A stretch of DNA of 64,000 nt from Hypanus sabinus (taxonomy: Eukaryota). Shown here piece by piece: positions 12,090 through 24,689 of this stretch. Under the pieces are notes generated by a model. It did not search any database, was not told where the DNA came from, and saw only the letters and a program-made list of their open reading frames with translations. The first letter of the stretch is position 1. The number at the start of each line of letters is the position of its first letter. Made by a program: the position numbers and the translations under genes. Location of the stretch: contig NW_026781759.1 of the NCBI RefSeq assembly GCF_030144855.1, positions 1 through 64,000 of the forward strand, in the 5' to 3' direction.

Positions 12090-12135
12090 AGTGACGTAGC
12101 CGGATTTGCGGAAGTAGCGATCAGCCACGCCCCTT
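12090..12135. promoter_or_regulatory. V4 promoter: CRE-like decamer plus GC-box
   Basis: AGTGACGTAG (12090-12099) and CCACGCCCC (about 12125). The GC-box recurs at about 13785, 16388 and 17177. Confidence 0.55.
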
Positions 12136-13513
12136 CCAGGAGCCTGTCCCGATTCGATGGATGTGTTGCTTCTGCTGCACGACTTTGACCACCCAAAACT
12201 CTCTATCTCTCTCCATATCACTTCCTCCATCTTTCTCCCTCTCCCCGCTATATCATATTCTGTACTGTTCCTTTTTTTAATATATGCCTCTAAGTCTTTA
12301 GTTTTTCACCTACCATCTCTTCCCTCCGGTTCCACTCTTCGTCCGCTTTCCTCCCTGGTCCGCTCTGCTCTCATATCGGAAATCTTCTTCCACCGTCTCT
12401 CTTCTATCAACACCCTTCCAGCTTCCCATATCACGTCTCCTCTCCAGTACACACTCAACTTCCTCCTTAACTGGTCTCAGCTATCGCCTGCCATCCTGAG
12501 GTCCTTCTCCTCCCGCACTTTATTATTCCGGCTTTCCTTCCAGTTCTGCTGTAATCTCTCAGGACTATACATCGACTGCTCATTCCCCTCCATAGATACA
12601 GCTTGACGTGCTGATTCCTACCAGCTTCTCTCAACCACCGCCGCCCGCAGTCAGAGCTCGTTTTAGCTCCACTTCGTTGTTCTGTGAACCAGTTAGAATG
12701 AATGCATACGTCCTATCCAAATTAGCTGACTACCCACCTAACTCGCTCTCTGTCTGCCCCCTCCTCTCTCTCCCTCTCTTTCTCCCTTTCTCTCCCTTTC
12801 ACCAGAGGAGTTCCCTCTATCTCTTTCTCTCCCCCTCTCTTTCTGAGGATTATTCACTCCCTCTACGTTTCATGAACATCAGGCAGACACTAATAAGCCG
12901 TAGATTTGTTGGGTGCATTGACTCTCCCCTTCTCTGTCTGCGTCATTACCACTCTCACACTCTCCTTATCAACCGTCTGCCCTTATCCCCTTCTGTCTTC
13001 TGTCTTCTCCGTCTGCCCTTCTGTCTGACGAAGTATTTATCTCTGAATGTCAGTATGCAGGTGGGCATGTAAGATTAAATGCATCGTTCTATTTCTCTTT
13101 CTATTTTTTTTCTATATGTCTACTTTCCATCTTTCTGAACTTCTTTCCATCTACCTATCTATCTGTCCGTTGCTCTCTCAAACTGTCTATCTAGTCGTCT
13201 TTCTATCCATCTATCTCTCTATCCATATCTATCTTAAAGTCTATCTGTCTTTCTTCCTGTCCTTCAGTCTGTGTTTCTTTCTGTCTATTACCAATCTAAC
13301 TGTCTGTTTGTGTATACATGGCCGATTTATTTACTGTTTAGAGCTTTGTTTACTGTTATCTGCTGTCATTATCTATCTGGATGAGGTAGTTGGTAGTTGG
13401 TAGTTGGTAGTTGGAAGACTCAATCCAGTTGGCCTCACTGGGAAGTTGCCTTAGACCCGGTCATGTAACGAAGCCCCGGCTGTGAATCACCGGCGGTTCA
13501 CTCATGACTACCA

Positions 13514-13800
13514 GCTGATTGTTCCTTTCTCCGGACTGTTTGCGTCGCCGTGAATCAGCAAGAAGCGGAAATAGCGTGCCGTCGAATTCGCTCGGTCGCT
13601 CTCCCGCTCAACAGAAACACCCTTTTCTTACTATTGACAGTGCTGAGTGTGGGAGCAAGGGATCAATTCAGTTCGTTCTGCCCCTTTCCGTCGTTCTGTG
13701 GGATACGGTGGGAAACTCAAAGTGTTTTCTCCATTAATCAGTTATTCTAATGACGTAGGTGGATTTGTTCAGGAACTGTATGGCCACGCCCCTTCTGTGA
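13514..13800 (-). pseudogene. Collapsed V relic: promoter motifs joined to a V 3' end and degenerate 23-RSS
   Basis: Minus strand reads ANSTARYFRFLLI (cf. ANSSAVYFCAWSI), then CACGGCG (13546-13552) + 23 nt + ACAATCAGC. Promoter-like TGACGTAG/CCACGCCCC at 13749-13795. No leader or FR1-FR2 found. Confidence 0.6.
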
Positions 13801-15652
13801 ACCTATGGGATCTCAGTTTAAGCAGACTATTCTTTCTCTCTCTGTATATAAGCGCCTTTGTAATTTCAGAACCATCCGGAAGCGGCATGACAGGAGGGTC
13901 ACAATACACCAAGATGTTATTGAAAACAAGAATCTCTCTCAATGAAAGTCGCCCTCGAAAGATCAAGGGTTTGTGCCCCTGCAGTATCTCTTGTGTTTAT
14001 GACCCACTGACTCTTTTTAAGACGGCGGAGGCTCGCTCGGAACTACCAGAAGCACCGTGTAGCCGAACCTTAGACTGAACACGTCGCATTTTGGTCACTG
14101 CCACTCAACAGAAAAACCCTGTTCTCACTATTAACAGCGGTAAGCGTGGGAGCAATCGATACATTCACGTCGATCACGCACGTTTCGCTCTGCGGGAAAC
14201 GCTGGGAAACATCAATGTGTTTCCCCCGCCCTGCCGTCTTCAATGTACCAGTTAGAGCAAATGTGTACGTCCGTCCAAATTAGCTGAATACCAACCGAAC
14301 TCTCTCGCTCTGCCTCCCCTCTCTCTCTCTCTTCCTACTCTTTCTCTCTTTCTTTCTATCTCACTGTCTGTCTATGCATCCGTTTCTCCCACTGCATCTC
14401 TTTCTATCCATCCATGTAACTCTCCACCCTTCTTCTATGCATCTGTCTATCCATTAATGTCTAATAATTGATCTATCTTTCTTCTTGTCTGTCTATTTAT
14501 CAGTCCATCTATCTCCCTATTAATATCTAGACATTGCGGATTTATTCTCTGTTTACATAATTTTGTTTACAGACTGACTTCGTCCTGTCAGACAGACTGC
14601 ATGAACCAATGGGGAGACAGGGTGTTACGTCAGTGGTAGACCTGCCCCGGCGCAGGGGATACAGTGCCCAGAATGATGGGCGAAGCGAGGATTCGGGCGG
14701 GAGGTAGGTACAGGGAGACTTTAGATCGTTGGAAGTCTCAATCTAGTTGGCATTCTTCTCTCTTTGTCTTTTGTCTCGCCACGTATGTACGAATGCATGC
14801 AAGTATGTATGTATTCTTGTAAGTACGTGTATAAGCATGTAAACTCGCATGTAACTTTCCATTTGTCCTTCTATCTCCTTTCTATGGTTCTCTGTCTATC
14901 TACCGAATTTTCATTCTGTCTCCCTATATATCTATCCGTTTGTCTTTTTTCTCTCTCTATCTATAATTCTATCCATCTATTTATCCCCCTCTTGCCATCT
15001 ATATATCTATATATCCATATCTGTCAAACGATATATTTATCTTTTTTCCTATCAGTCCATTCAGCAACCCATCCTTATCTAGTCATTGCCGTTTTATTCT
15101 GTATTTGGATGTTTAGTTTACATGACGACACGGCCATGTTGCGATTGATCGGCTGTGAAGTTGCTTGCGCGGAAGAATATCTCTCATTTGAATGCTTTCG
15201 CAAGAATGAAAGAGCCCCGCCTGCGCCATGTACTTTGTCGAATAACAGCACAATGTCGGCAGAGTGAAAAACGTCTGTCTACGAGACAGTCGGCTCACCT
15301 GTTTTCCCGCTGACGACAGACTTCTGTTGTGCGTGAAGCTATTCCAGTCCTATCTCTTCCCCGGGAACCCACCCGATCGAGCGGGGGACGGGCAGTTCAA
15401 AGATTTCTTCCTGTTCATTATCGCTGCGAACGTTTTTTTGGTGGGAGTATTGCTAGCCTATACCGAGGACCAGCTGTTCCTCAGCACAACAAATGTGTAG
15501 AATAGCTTCAGCCATTTGTAAGGCCTAACAAGAGAAATACATGATAGGCGCAGCTGCGATATCGTCGCCCATTATTTCTCTCAGTGGCAGCGACGCAGCG
15601 CCACCTGTCGGACAGGCTCACAGCCACGCTCAGACTGACATCAAGCCGGTGA

Positions 15653-15691
15653 GGTTTTTGTTCAGCTCCTCCGTCTGACCCAGTCGCTGTG
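15653..15691 (-). other. 23-RSS of V5
   Basis: CACAGCG + 23 nt + ACAAAAACC. Confidence 0.95.
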
Positions 15692-16283
15692 ATCACTCCA
15701 GGCACAGAAGTACACGGCTGACGAATTCGCCTCCAAACCGACGGAACTCAGCCTGAAGATGTAGCTGCTCGGCCTCTCTGCGGTAAAGCCGTACAGCGAC
15801 CCTTTTGGTTCCACGGTGCCGACATACGTAGAGTAGAACAAGTTCTCCAGCCCCTGTCCCGTGTACTGTCTGTACCAGAACATTCTATCAGCCGGGTTGC
15901 TACTCCCGTCGACAGTACAGTTCAGCGTCACAGCCCGGCCGGTAGGACTGGAGAAAGCTGGAATCTGGCGGATCGTCACCGGGGTCACATCTGAGGAAGA
16001 GAGTGGGAGTGAACAGAGGTGAGTGTGCGAACGGCGAGAACGGCCGTCCGAACGAGAGGGTGAGGATTGACTTTGGGGTATTTTCGGGTGGCGGGCGGTA
16101 TGGCGAGGTTTCGATGAAGAAAGATCAGAGTGAGGGTGGAAATGTGCAGAGAAAAGCGCAGAATGAGAGAGAAAGGCACAGGACCAGAGGAACTGAGGAT
16201 TACCCGGGGGCAAAGAGCGGAAAAAGTATTAGAAAATTTCCCTCACAGTGTAAGGAGATGATCAGTTGGAGAAACAGCAACAT
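15692..16283 (-). CDS. TRBV: V5: TCR V segment (leader 16247-16283, V exon 15692-15990), CAWS family, apparently functional
   Basis: Leader MLLFLQLIISLH with GTGAGG donor. Exon VTPVTIRQIP..LNC..FWYRQYTG..GFTAERP..AVYFCAWSD. Confidence 0.9.
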
Positions 16284-18049
16284 CTTCCCTGCAGTTTTAT
16301 TCCGTCCCAAGTGACAGTGTTGTGTTCAAGAACAATGAATCCACTCACTTCAGTCCCGCCTGTCATGTAACCCAGTGACCTGAATGGTGATTGGTGATAC
16401 GGATGGCCACGCCCCCTGTTCATTTTGGCCAATCAGAATCGAAGCATGCGCAGGAAATCTTTGCCGAATCATCATTGCCCCTTCTGGACTTTCCAAATCC
16501 CTTTCCGATCGACAGACAAGTGGTGATTGCTTCGGTGCAATCTCTTCTCCCTNNNNNNNNNNNNNNNNNNNNNNNNNNNNNNNNNNNNNNNNNNNNNNNN
16601 NNNNNNNNNNNNNNNNNNNNNNNNNNNNNNNNNNNNNNNNNNNNNNNNNNNNNNNNNNNNNNNNNNNNNNNNNNNNNNNNNNNNNNNNNNNNNNNNNNNN
16701 NNNNNNNNNNNNNNNNNNGGCCATGGTGGAGTTAAATGTGGAAGTAAACGTTGAAAACGAACGGGGCGCCGATATTTGAAGCAGGCACATCAATAGTTAT
16801 TGTTCCTGTCATCTGCTTGGAGTTGGACGAATAAAGGAGATCCCCTAATCCGGCGTTGTCAATTGGAAAAATTCTCTGTTATTATTGGTACAGACGGAGC
16901 AGAGTGCAGGTTGGAAGCTGTTGGCCAGGGTCTCTCACTCTTTATCTCTCTCTCCGTCTCTCTCTTTCTTTCTCTCTGCCCTCTTTATTGTTCTCTCTCT
17001 CCCTCCCCCCTCTCTAACTCTCTCTCTCTCTCCACCTCCCTGTCCATAGTTCCTGCTGATTCTCTCCCTGCACATAACTTTCTCATCGGTCTATCTCTTT
17101 AGTTATTTATTTATTTGTCTGGATATATATCTTTGTATTTCAGTGACGCAAATTGTCATTGGTGACACCGAAGTCCACGCCCCCTGCTTCTTTTAACCAA
17201 TCTGAATCGAGGCATGGGACAGTAATACTCTGTCGATTCGTCATTGTCCCTCATGACTTTCGACATCGCTTTCTCCCCGAAAGACAGGTAATGATGGCAT
17301 TCTCTTCTTATCTTTTACTCTTTTGCTTTCTCTCCTTCCATTCTTCCGTCCCTGTGCATCTCTTCTGCCGGACTGTAGTTTTTCCTGACTTTCCCCCGGC
17401 TCGTAACCCGCTCATCTGTCTACCTCTTCGTTTATTTGTTTTGATATGCATCTCTGATAAAAACGCCACGGCGATGAACAGCGCCGTTGGCCAAATGAGC
17501 CAACCTCAGATCAGAATGAACAATTACACCGGAATATCGGACAGCTGACTCGAATTTCAACAGCTCAGAGGATCCGGACTTCAACCACCTAACTGTACGG
17601 CGGATAAAAATACAAGTTTAATCCCGTCCGCCGGAGAGAAACTGTCATTTCCAGGACTGAACACAAAAGGGAGAAGGACCGCCGTTCACAGGTGCTTGGT
17701 CATTGGTGGTCTGACGTTGCAGTTTGGGGACATGAGGTTTCGAATTTTCGACCCACTACCAAGCTAAACAACGGCCATTGCCGCGCGAAGTGAGTCCACC
17801 AAGAACACCACCCCTTACCGTGGTTCTGTGCTCTTTTGACATACTTGGGATCAACCGCAGGATAAGTCGGACGCAATGTGTCATACAAGCCAGCACCTAT
17901 CCGAGAGAGACACAAGGCGCTTTGGGATCATACGTAGCAGTCTGCTAATATTCAGCAGAAACACTTTATTCACTTTACTTCATACTTTATTGTCAACAAA
18001 CAATTGATACGAGAGCGTACAATCATCACAGTGATATTTATTTCTGCGC

Positions 18050-18680
18050 TTCGTGTTCCCTGACGTACAAACCAAAATAAATATAATAAATTTTAAATTA
18101 TAAATCAAAATTAGAAAATAGAAAAGAGAAAGTAAGGTAGTGCAAGTCAGGTCCGGATAGGATGAAGGTACGGCGCAGTTGGGGGTCAGGATCCGTTCAG
18201 CAGTCTTATCACAGTGAGGATTTTAGGGGACAGGCTAAGTTTCAGCTTTCACAGTAAGTAAAGGCGCTAGTGGGCCTACTTCGCTGTGGACTCTGCTTGC
18301 TTAGACCAAGTCAGGTTGTTTCTGATATTTACCCCGAGGAATTTAAAGCTTTTGACTTGTTCCACCTGCGCACCACCGATGTAGATGGGGCTGAGCGGTA
18401 CGCTGCACATTCTGAAGTCAACAACAAACTCCTTCGTCTTGCTGACGTTGACGGAAAGGTTATTGTCTTCGCACCGTGCCACCAGGTTCTTAATTTCCTC
18501 CCTGTACTCAGACTCAGCATTACCCAAGTTACGGCCTGCAATTGTGGTGTCATCAGCAAACTTATATATTGAGTTCGACGGAAACTTGGCTGCACAATAA
18601 TGGGTGTACAGTGAGTACAGAAGGGGGCTGAGTACACAGCCTTGTGGGGCTCCGGTGCTCAGAGTGATTGCAGAGGAATT
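18050..18680 (-). mobile_element. Rex1/Babar-type non-LTR retrotransposon RT fragment
   Basis: GAPQGCVLSPLLYTLYTHYC..KFADDT, then NNLSVNVSKTKEFVVDFR..FKFLGV. Confidence 0.8.
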
Positions 18681-19699
18681 ATGGAATTCTCTGCCACATG
18701 AGGCAGTCGGCGCTACCTCGGAAAATACTTTTAATACAAAGTTAGTTAGATTTTGTTAATAGTAGGGGAGTTCAGGTTTCTGGAGATGTGTCCATTGACA
18801 GATCAGCCATAACGTAATTGAATGGCGGAGCGAGCCAGGTAGCCGACGTGTTTTCCTGTTTCCTACGTTTTCTTTAACTGAGCCCAACCATCAGATCGGG
18901 CAGAAAGTTAGAGGGTGAGGGAGAGAGAGACAGAGAGAACGATACGGCAGTGAGCTGTGGAGGGTCGGGGACCGAGAGGTGGAGGATGGGAGAGAGGGGG
19001 GGCGATGGGAAATGAGGAAGATGGTGGGAGACAGAGATGGAGAGAGATGTGAGAGTGAGGTTCAAGGGGGGGAAATCTATGTGCAAAGTATTAACAATCG
19101 ATCGATCAATCAATCAATGATCAATCGATCAATCGATCAATCCTGGAAAGTGTCTCCGGACGAGCGTGCAGTTGTGAGACCAAAGGAACTTGAAGCTACT
19201 GCCATACGGTAGTAGCCAGTTGAGAACGTGGCCTCGACGGCGGAGGGACTTGATCATGGATACTGCTTTCTCCTGGCAGCTTTTCAGGTTAATGCGTTTT
19301 GGGTGCAAATATTTACTGTTTTTCACCTACCGGTTTCAAGTTCGAAGAGCACCGGCTGTTGTCAAAATAGGGATCATATGCTCTGTGGTTGCAGATTGTA
19401 ATTGTTTTATAATCGCTGCAAGGACACCTTATAATGATAATGCAACGGTTAATAACCATCAGCATCATCATTCTCAGACTGGTAAAATCTAGCGATGTGT
19501 TCAATGGAGCATCATACTCTTTCAATGGTTAACTTTATCTTCATTTCTCTGGGTAATGATCTTATTTATGTTCAGTCGTGTGAACTTCATTTTACAATTA
19601 CATGAATTGAATCCCGTTTTCGATGATGAAGGTATGACCTCATCCGGTTTATCTGCCTGTTGTGTATATTATTAATGCCCCCTTCTGTCCCAGGCTGAC

Positions 19700-21100
19700 T
19701 TTAACCAAGCTGGCTCGAGTGTCATTTCCGTTTTCTTTTTCATTTTTTCTTCGTGCGTTTTCAAGGTATTAAATTATTAACAGCGAATTGCTTTTCATAT
19801 CGAATTACTTTTGTTTTATATTTATTGCTGAAATCTGATTGGCAGATTTTCTTCAGCCTTCCAACAAAAGTTTTCCTTTCTTCACACATAACATATATGA
19901 CTCAGTAAGTGAAAAAGCACCAGAAATATTCCGAATTGAAAGACGAAAGTGAAAGGCTTTGGAACATGAACAGGGTATAAATTGTTCCTAAAGTAATATC
20001 CAGATCTAGTATCATCGGAAAAATATCATTACACAATTAGGCAGCAATGTCCTTTTGCATTTGTACAGGGCCCAGGTGAGACCACACCTGGAATATTGTG
20101 CACAGTTTTGGTCTCCAAGTTTGAGGAAAGACATTCTGGCAATTGAGGAAGTGCAGCGTAGATTCACTAGGTTGATTCCTGGGATGGCAGGGCTGTCTTA
20201 CGCAGAGAGATTGGAGAGATTGGGCTTGTACACATTGGAATTGAGGTGATTTAGAGGGGATCTGATTGAAACGTTTAAGATAATTAAAGGATTTGATAGG
20301 ATTGAGGCAGGAAATATGTTCCAGATGTTGGGAGAGTCCAGTACCAGAGGGCATGGATTGAGAATAAGAGGTCAGTTATTTAAAACAGAGTTGAGGAAGA
20401 ACTTCTTCTCCCAGAGAGTTGTGGAGGTGTGGAATGCACTGCCTCGGAAGACGGTGGAGGCCATTTCTCTGGATGCTTTCAAGGAGGAGCTAGATAGATA
20501 TCTGATGGATGGGGGAATCAAGGGATATAGGGACAAGGCAGGTACTGGGTATTGATAGTGAATGAGCAGCCATGATCTCAGAATGGCGGTGCAGACTCGA
20601 GGGGCCGAATGGTCTACTGCCCCTATTGGCTATTGTTTATTAACACCGAGGTCAATCTTTAGAAAGCCACTATACCAAGCTCAAATGCAGCAGTTGTGTG
20701 CAAACCATCTTTTCAGAAATTCCTCATTCCATTTTTTTTTCAATTTTTCTTCCTGCCTTTTCAAGGTACTAAATTATTAATTTTGGAACATCGAATTACT
20801 TTTGTTTTATTGTCACCGTTGAAGCCTGACTTGCAGATGTTCTTCAGCCTTCCAAAAAAAGGTTTCTTTTTATCACACAAAACATACAAAAATCAGTCAG
20901 TCGAAAAGCACCAGAGATAAGCCGAATTGAAAGAGGAAATTGAAATGCTTTTGAACATGAACAGGGTATACATTGTTCCGAAAGTAATATCTACAACTGG
21001 TATAATCGGAAAGACGTTGACATTACACAATTAGGCCTACGCAGAAATATCTAGGTAAATCATTAGAAAGCCACAATACCAAGCACAACTCCAGCAGTAC
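19700..21100. repeat. Diverged tandem duplication (~400-bp unit; copy 1 interrupted by a CR1)
   Basis: 19700-20043 plus 20640-20700 aligns with 20720-21100 (shared catgaacagggtata, cattacacaattaggc, ttagaaagccac). Confidence 0.8.
20044..20640 (+). mobile_element. 5'-truncated CR1-type LINE (RT C-terminus plus 3' UTR)
   Basis: LYRAQVRPHLEYCAQFWSP..QRRFTRLIPG..RLERLGLY..; 3' UTR gaatggcggtgcagactcgaggggccgaatgg. Confidence 0.88.
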
Positions 21101-21330
21101 AGACGACCCCAACAATTGAGAAAAGAGCGCTGCAGTCACCAAAACTGGATGAACAATCAATTGAACATAATTCATGGTCAGGTGGCTGACAACTGCATAA
21201 TATTCTGCCTTTTCTAAAACAAATGAATTGCGATCATCTTTCAGTCAGGGGTACAATCAGCTGATTCGACCCGCAGTAAGAAAATAATACATCAAAAGAA
21301 AACTCCGAATGGACGAATTCAGTTTAAGAG

Positions 21331-21690
21331 CGGAGAGGGAATGTTGCAGCTATTGCGGAGCCTGGTGAAACCCCACTTGGAATACTCTGCACATTTCTGG
21401 TCGTCTCACTACAGAAATGATGTGGAATCCATAGAAAGGATGCAGAAGAAATTTACAAGGATGTTGCCTGGATTGGGAAGCATGCCTTCTGAGAATAGGT
21501 TGAGTGAACTATGTTTTTTTCTCCCTGGAGCACGGATGATGAGAGGTGACCTGACAGAGGTATACAAGATAGTGAGAGGCATTGATCCTATGGACAGTCT
21601 GAGGGATTTACCCAGGGCTGAAATGGGTAGCACGAGACGGCACACTTTTAAGGTGTCTTGAAGTAGCAGATTTCAGGGGTAAGTTCTTTT
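21331..21690 (+). mobile_element. CR1-type LINE fragment
   Basis: MLQLLRSLVKPHLEYSAHFWS..FTRMLPGL..RGDLTEVYKI. Confidence 0.82.
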
Positions 21691-23312
21691 TTTATGTATG
21701 TTTCTGCCTGTATCCATCTTCCTGTCGGTCTCCTGAGATGATATCTTCAATATAATTGAACGAACTGCACCTGGACCTTTGATGTCTCTTCTTCATGTAA
21801 TCGCTACGTCAGAGGAGAACGCAAGTACAGTCAGCGCACCTGAGCCATGAATCTGGTGGTTCAGAACACGTGGTCTTGTGTGATGCCGTGACTGGGTGGC
21901 TGAACGGCAGCTGCCAAGTCAGAAGTCAATGCCGCCGCTTTTGTCGTAGAGCGCCCTCTGTTGGCTTGGAGTTACGGTACTACAGGACCCTGTGCACTTT
22001 ACTTCTATTTCCCTCCGTTTACTCAATGCATCCATGAAGCTTCACCATCTGTGTAACTGCCCGAATGTGGTAAACGTACCCTCCCCGACTACAAACGTAC
22101 TTCTTCCAGCAATACATTCCGTGTGTCTAACTTTATTGGAGGATAAACAGATGTCCCTCAGTATGAAATTCTGTAATTTGCGGTTAATCCCTCCTACCCG
22201 CGGAAAATAATGCTGATGCTTCTCATCTATGATCGGGAGATTTCACAGACCTCGATACAGTCAAAGTCCCAATCAAAATAAATGTATTTTCATAGTACAT
22301 ATATGGCAACAGAGATAACCTTGATTTTCATTTACTTGCAGGCATTTAGATGAAGAGGGTTAGGGTTAGGGTTGTTGGGGTTAGTAGTCTATTCTGTCAC
22401 AGCCCCATCACATTCGGCTGAAAAATCCCGTAACAGTCGTGACTGCCTCCATTCCACAATTTGCTGTTTCAGGCTTATTCCTATTGCGGCCGCAGGGTGG
22501 CACTGTACACAAGAATTTGACTTTGGGTTTGCCAAGTCCCAGCAGCGGGGTCGCAGACTAAAGCGATTGTTTGCCCTGTTAATCCCATTCTCGAAATCTA
22601 ACGCGCTGCTGATGTGTTCGTTGCCACGTAACCACTTCTGCTCCGCTGAGTTCGCTGCATTCTGGAGAATTCCGTGCTATACGCTTTCATTTTCCACTAC
22701 AATCGTCATCCCTGCCGAATTGCTGGCATGATTATAGCTGGCATGACGGGAGTTATGAAGTTATTTATTCGAAGTTGCCAGTTGGACCGAAGCGTCTGTT
22801 TCAGTAATGCACTAGTATACGACGCTACCATTTACACCTCTCCAGCAATAAGCATTTGGGCCGAGAGGTCAGCGTCTGGAATACATATTCTACAACTCTG
22901 CTATTCTTAATTCATGAACAACAGGGGAAAAAGCACTCTGGGCCACCTTTTACGAAATTAATCTGTCTTTCTGATAAACGTAATCCGTACCTCCCTGCTT
23001 TTAGTCCCATCTGCGCCTCCCAAAACGGTATGATAACTCAATTTGTGACATTGAAGTTAGCTCGTCGTGTCCAGGACTGAAGGGAAATCTCCCGTTGTCC
23101 TGCTGAACTTGGAATTGGGTCCGGCTTCTCGACTGACTCCCGAATCACAAATGAATTGATCCACACACCATTCAAATTCAAAGCTCCCAGTCTCGCTGCT
23201 CAGTGACGTATGTTTGAGGGGCGGAGTTTCGTCCGTTCACCCTGACAAGTCATTCAAAAGATTGCTCATTCCGAACGCCGTTCCGCTTGGAGGAAACTGT
23301 CTAAGTTGAAAG

Positions 23313-23981
23313 ATGTTCGTGTTATTGGAGCTGCTCATCTGTCTTCACGGTAAAGGACAGCTTGAATTTGCGAGTAGTTTAAGGAAGCAGTTCTATATTT
23401 TCCTCTCTGTGCTCCAACACCTCTTGCACTATATTTGCCCATCGTTTTCTATCGTGGTTTTTGATCACTTTTTGTAACGTTGAGCTGTTTTGCTATTTAT
23501 CATAGTCCATCCAATTATATTTATTTTATGCTATTCTGTCTCCATCTCTATATCCTCCCCATCTATTTCTCTTTCCCCTTATGCCTCTGCATCCCGCATT
23601 TATCCTTCTCCCTCTTTGCTCCCTTTCTCCATGATTCCGAGTATACATCCCTACTGACGTCATTCTCCGCTCCTCTCTTCCCCAGCCGCGAACTCGCAAA
23701 CTATCCGGCAGTCTCCACCGGCTTTTTCCGGATCTCTGGGGAACCCGATGACGCTGTCCTGCAACGTGGAGGGCAGCGGCACTTATTACGTGTACTGTTA
23801 CCGCCAGTACCCGGGGCAGGGGCCCCAGTTCATGTTCTACAGCAACGGTGCTAACATTAAGAATCCAGACGGGGAGGTCGATGGATTTACCCTGCAGGCG
23901 CATAAAAAGAACGAGAACAAACTGGTGACCAACAGCCTGCGGGTGAATCACTCGGCCGTGTATTTCTGCGCCTGGAGTGTA
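23313..23981 (+). CDS. TRBV: V6: TCR V segment (leader 23313-23349, V exon 23686-23981), CAWS family, Trp41>Cys
   Basis: Leader MFVLLELLICLH with GTAAAG donor. Exon ANSQTIRQSP..LSC..YVYCYRQYPG..AVYFCAWSV. Confidence 0.88.
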
Positions 23982-24020
23982 CACAGTGACGCGCCGAGAG
24001 GGAAGAACTCGACAAAAACC
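23982..24020 (+). other. 23-RSS of V6 (consensus)
   Basis: CACAGTG + 23 nt + ACAAAAACC. Confidence 0.97.
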
Positions 24021-24689
24021 CCAGCTGGCATTTAAATGGCGTGACAGAGCAAGCACACTTGGCCCTCTGGTGGCGTCTTGTGTATCTTTTGTTTTGACAG
24101 AGGAAACGCGATGCAGACTGGAAGCAGAAGGGTTTTGTAACAACGGTGAGAGAGCAGATGGGCAATCTTCTGGCAAGATGCCAGCTCTTACACAAGCACT
24201 GTGACGTCCTGCAGACCCATCACTCTCCCACAAGCCCCGGACTGACAACGATTTACGTGAATATGAGGCGGAAAAGAAACAGAGGGTTTTCATTGCACAG
24301 ACGCACATTTGATTCTTCCCTGTGACTACGTTTCCTTTGCCGGCTGTTTTCCAGACGAGACGCTCTTCCTGCTTTTAGAATATCCTGTCATTAATGGAAC
24401 ATTTATTGGTAAACCTTCTTTATTTGCTTGCGATCGCATTTACAATTTAAATTACCCCTGTGAATTTCACCGTCCATAGTTTCATGTTAGCATTATTTCA
24501 TCTCACAGGCACGTTACTCCGCCCTGCTGCCATCGTCCCTGAGAAAGGAGAAACGGTCCCCCTTTCCTTGTCGAGGGCACTGAGGTAAAGGTGTAAGAAG
24601 TCGTGATGAATTGAAGGTGGATTAGACCAGCGCCGGAATATTGCACACCGCTTGGACAGGAATCGTGTTGCGACAATAGGAAGAGGGAG

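Larger units (their letters stand above)
21700..24500 (+). repeat. Segmental duplication, inverted copy at about 52520-55300
   Basis: Collinear reverse-complement matches across upstream flank, promoter, leader, intron, V exon, RSS and 3' flank of V6 / V6'. Confidence 0.9.

Noticed and set aside
12157-15267. Long Leu/Ser/Phe-rich ORFs (also 26631-27063, 33268-33726, 55918-56269, 62587-63120)
   Set aside because: Translations of CT/TCTA/GT simple sequence, not real membrane proteins.
17150-17310. Possible additional V promoter
   Set aside because: Diverged duplicate of the V5 upstream region (16380-16550) with no leader or V exon found next to it.
23526-24308. 260-aa antisense ORF over V6 (and similar antisense/alternate-frame ORFs over other V exons)
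   Set aside because: By-product of GC-rich V exons; no independent coding signal.
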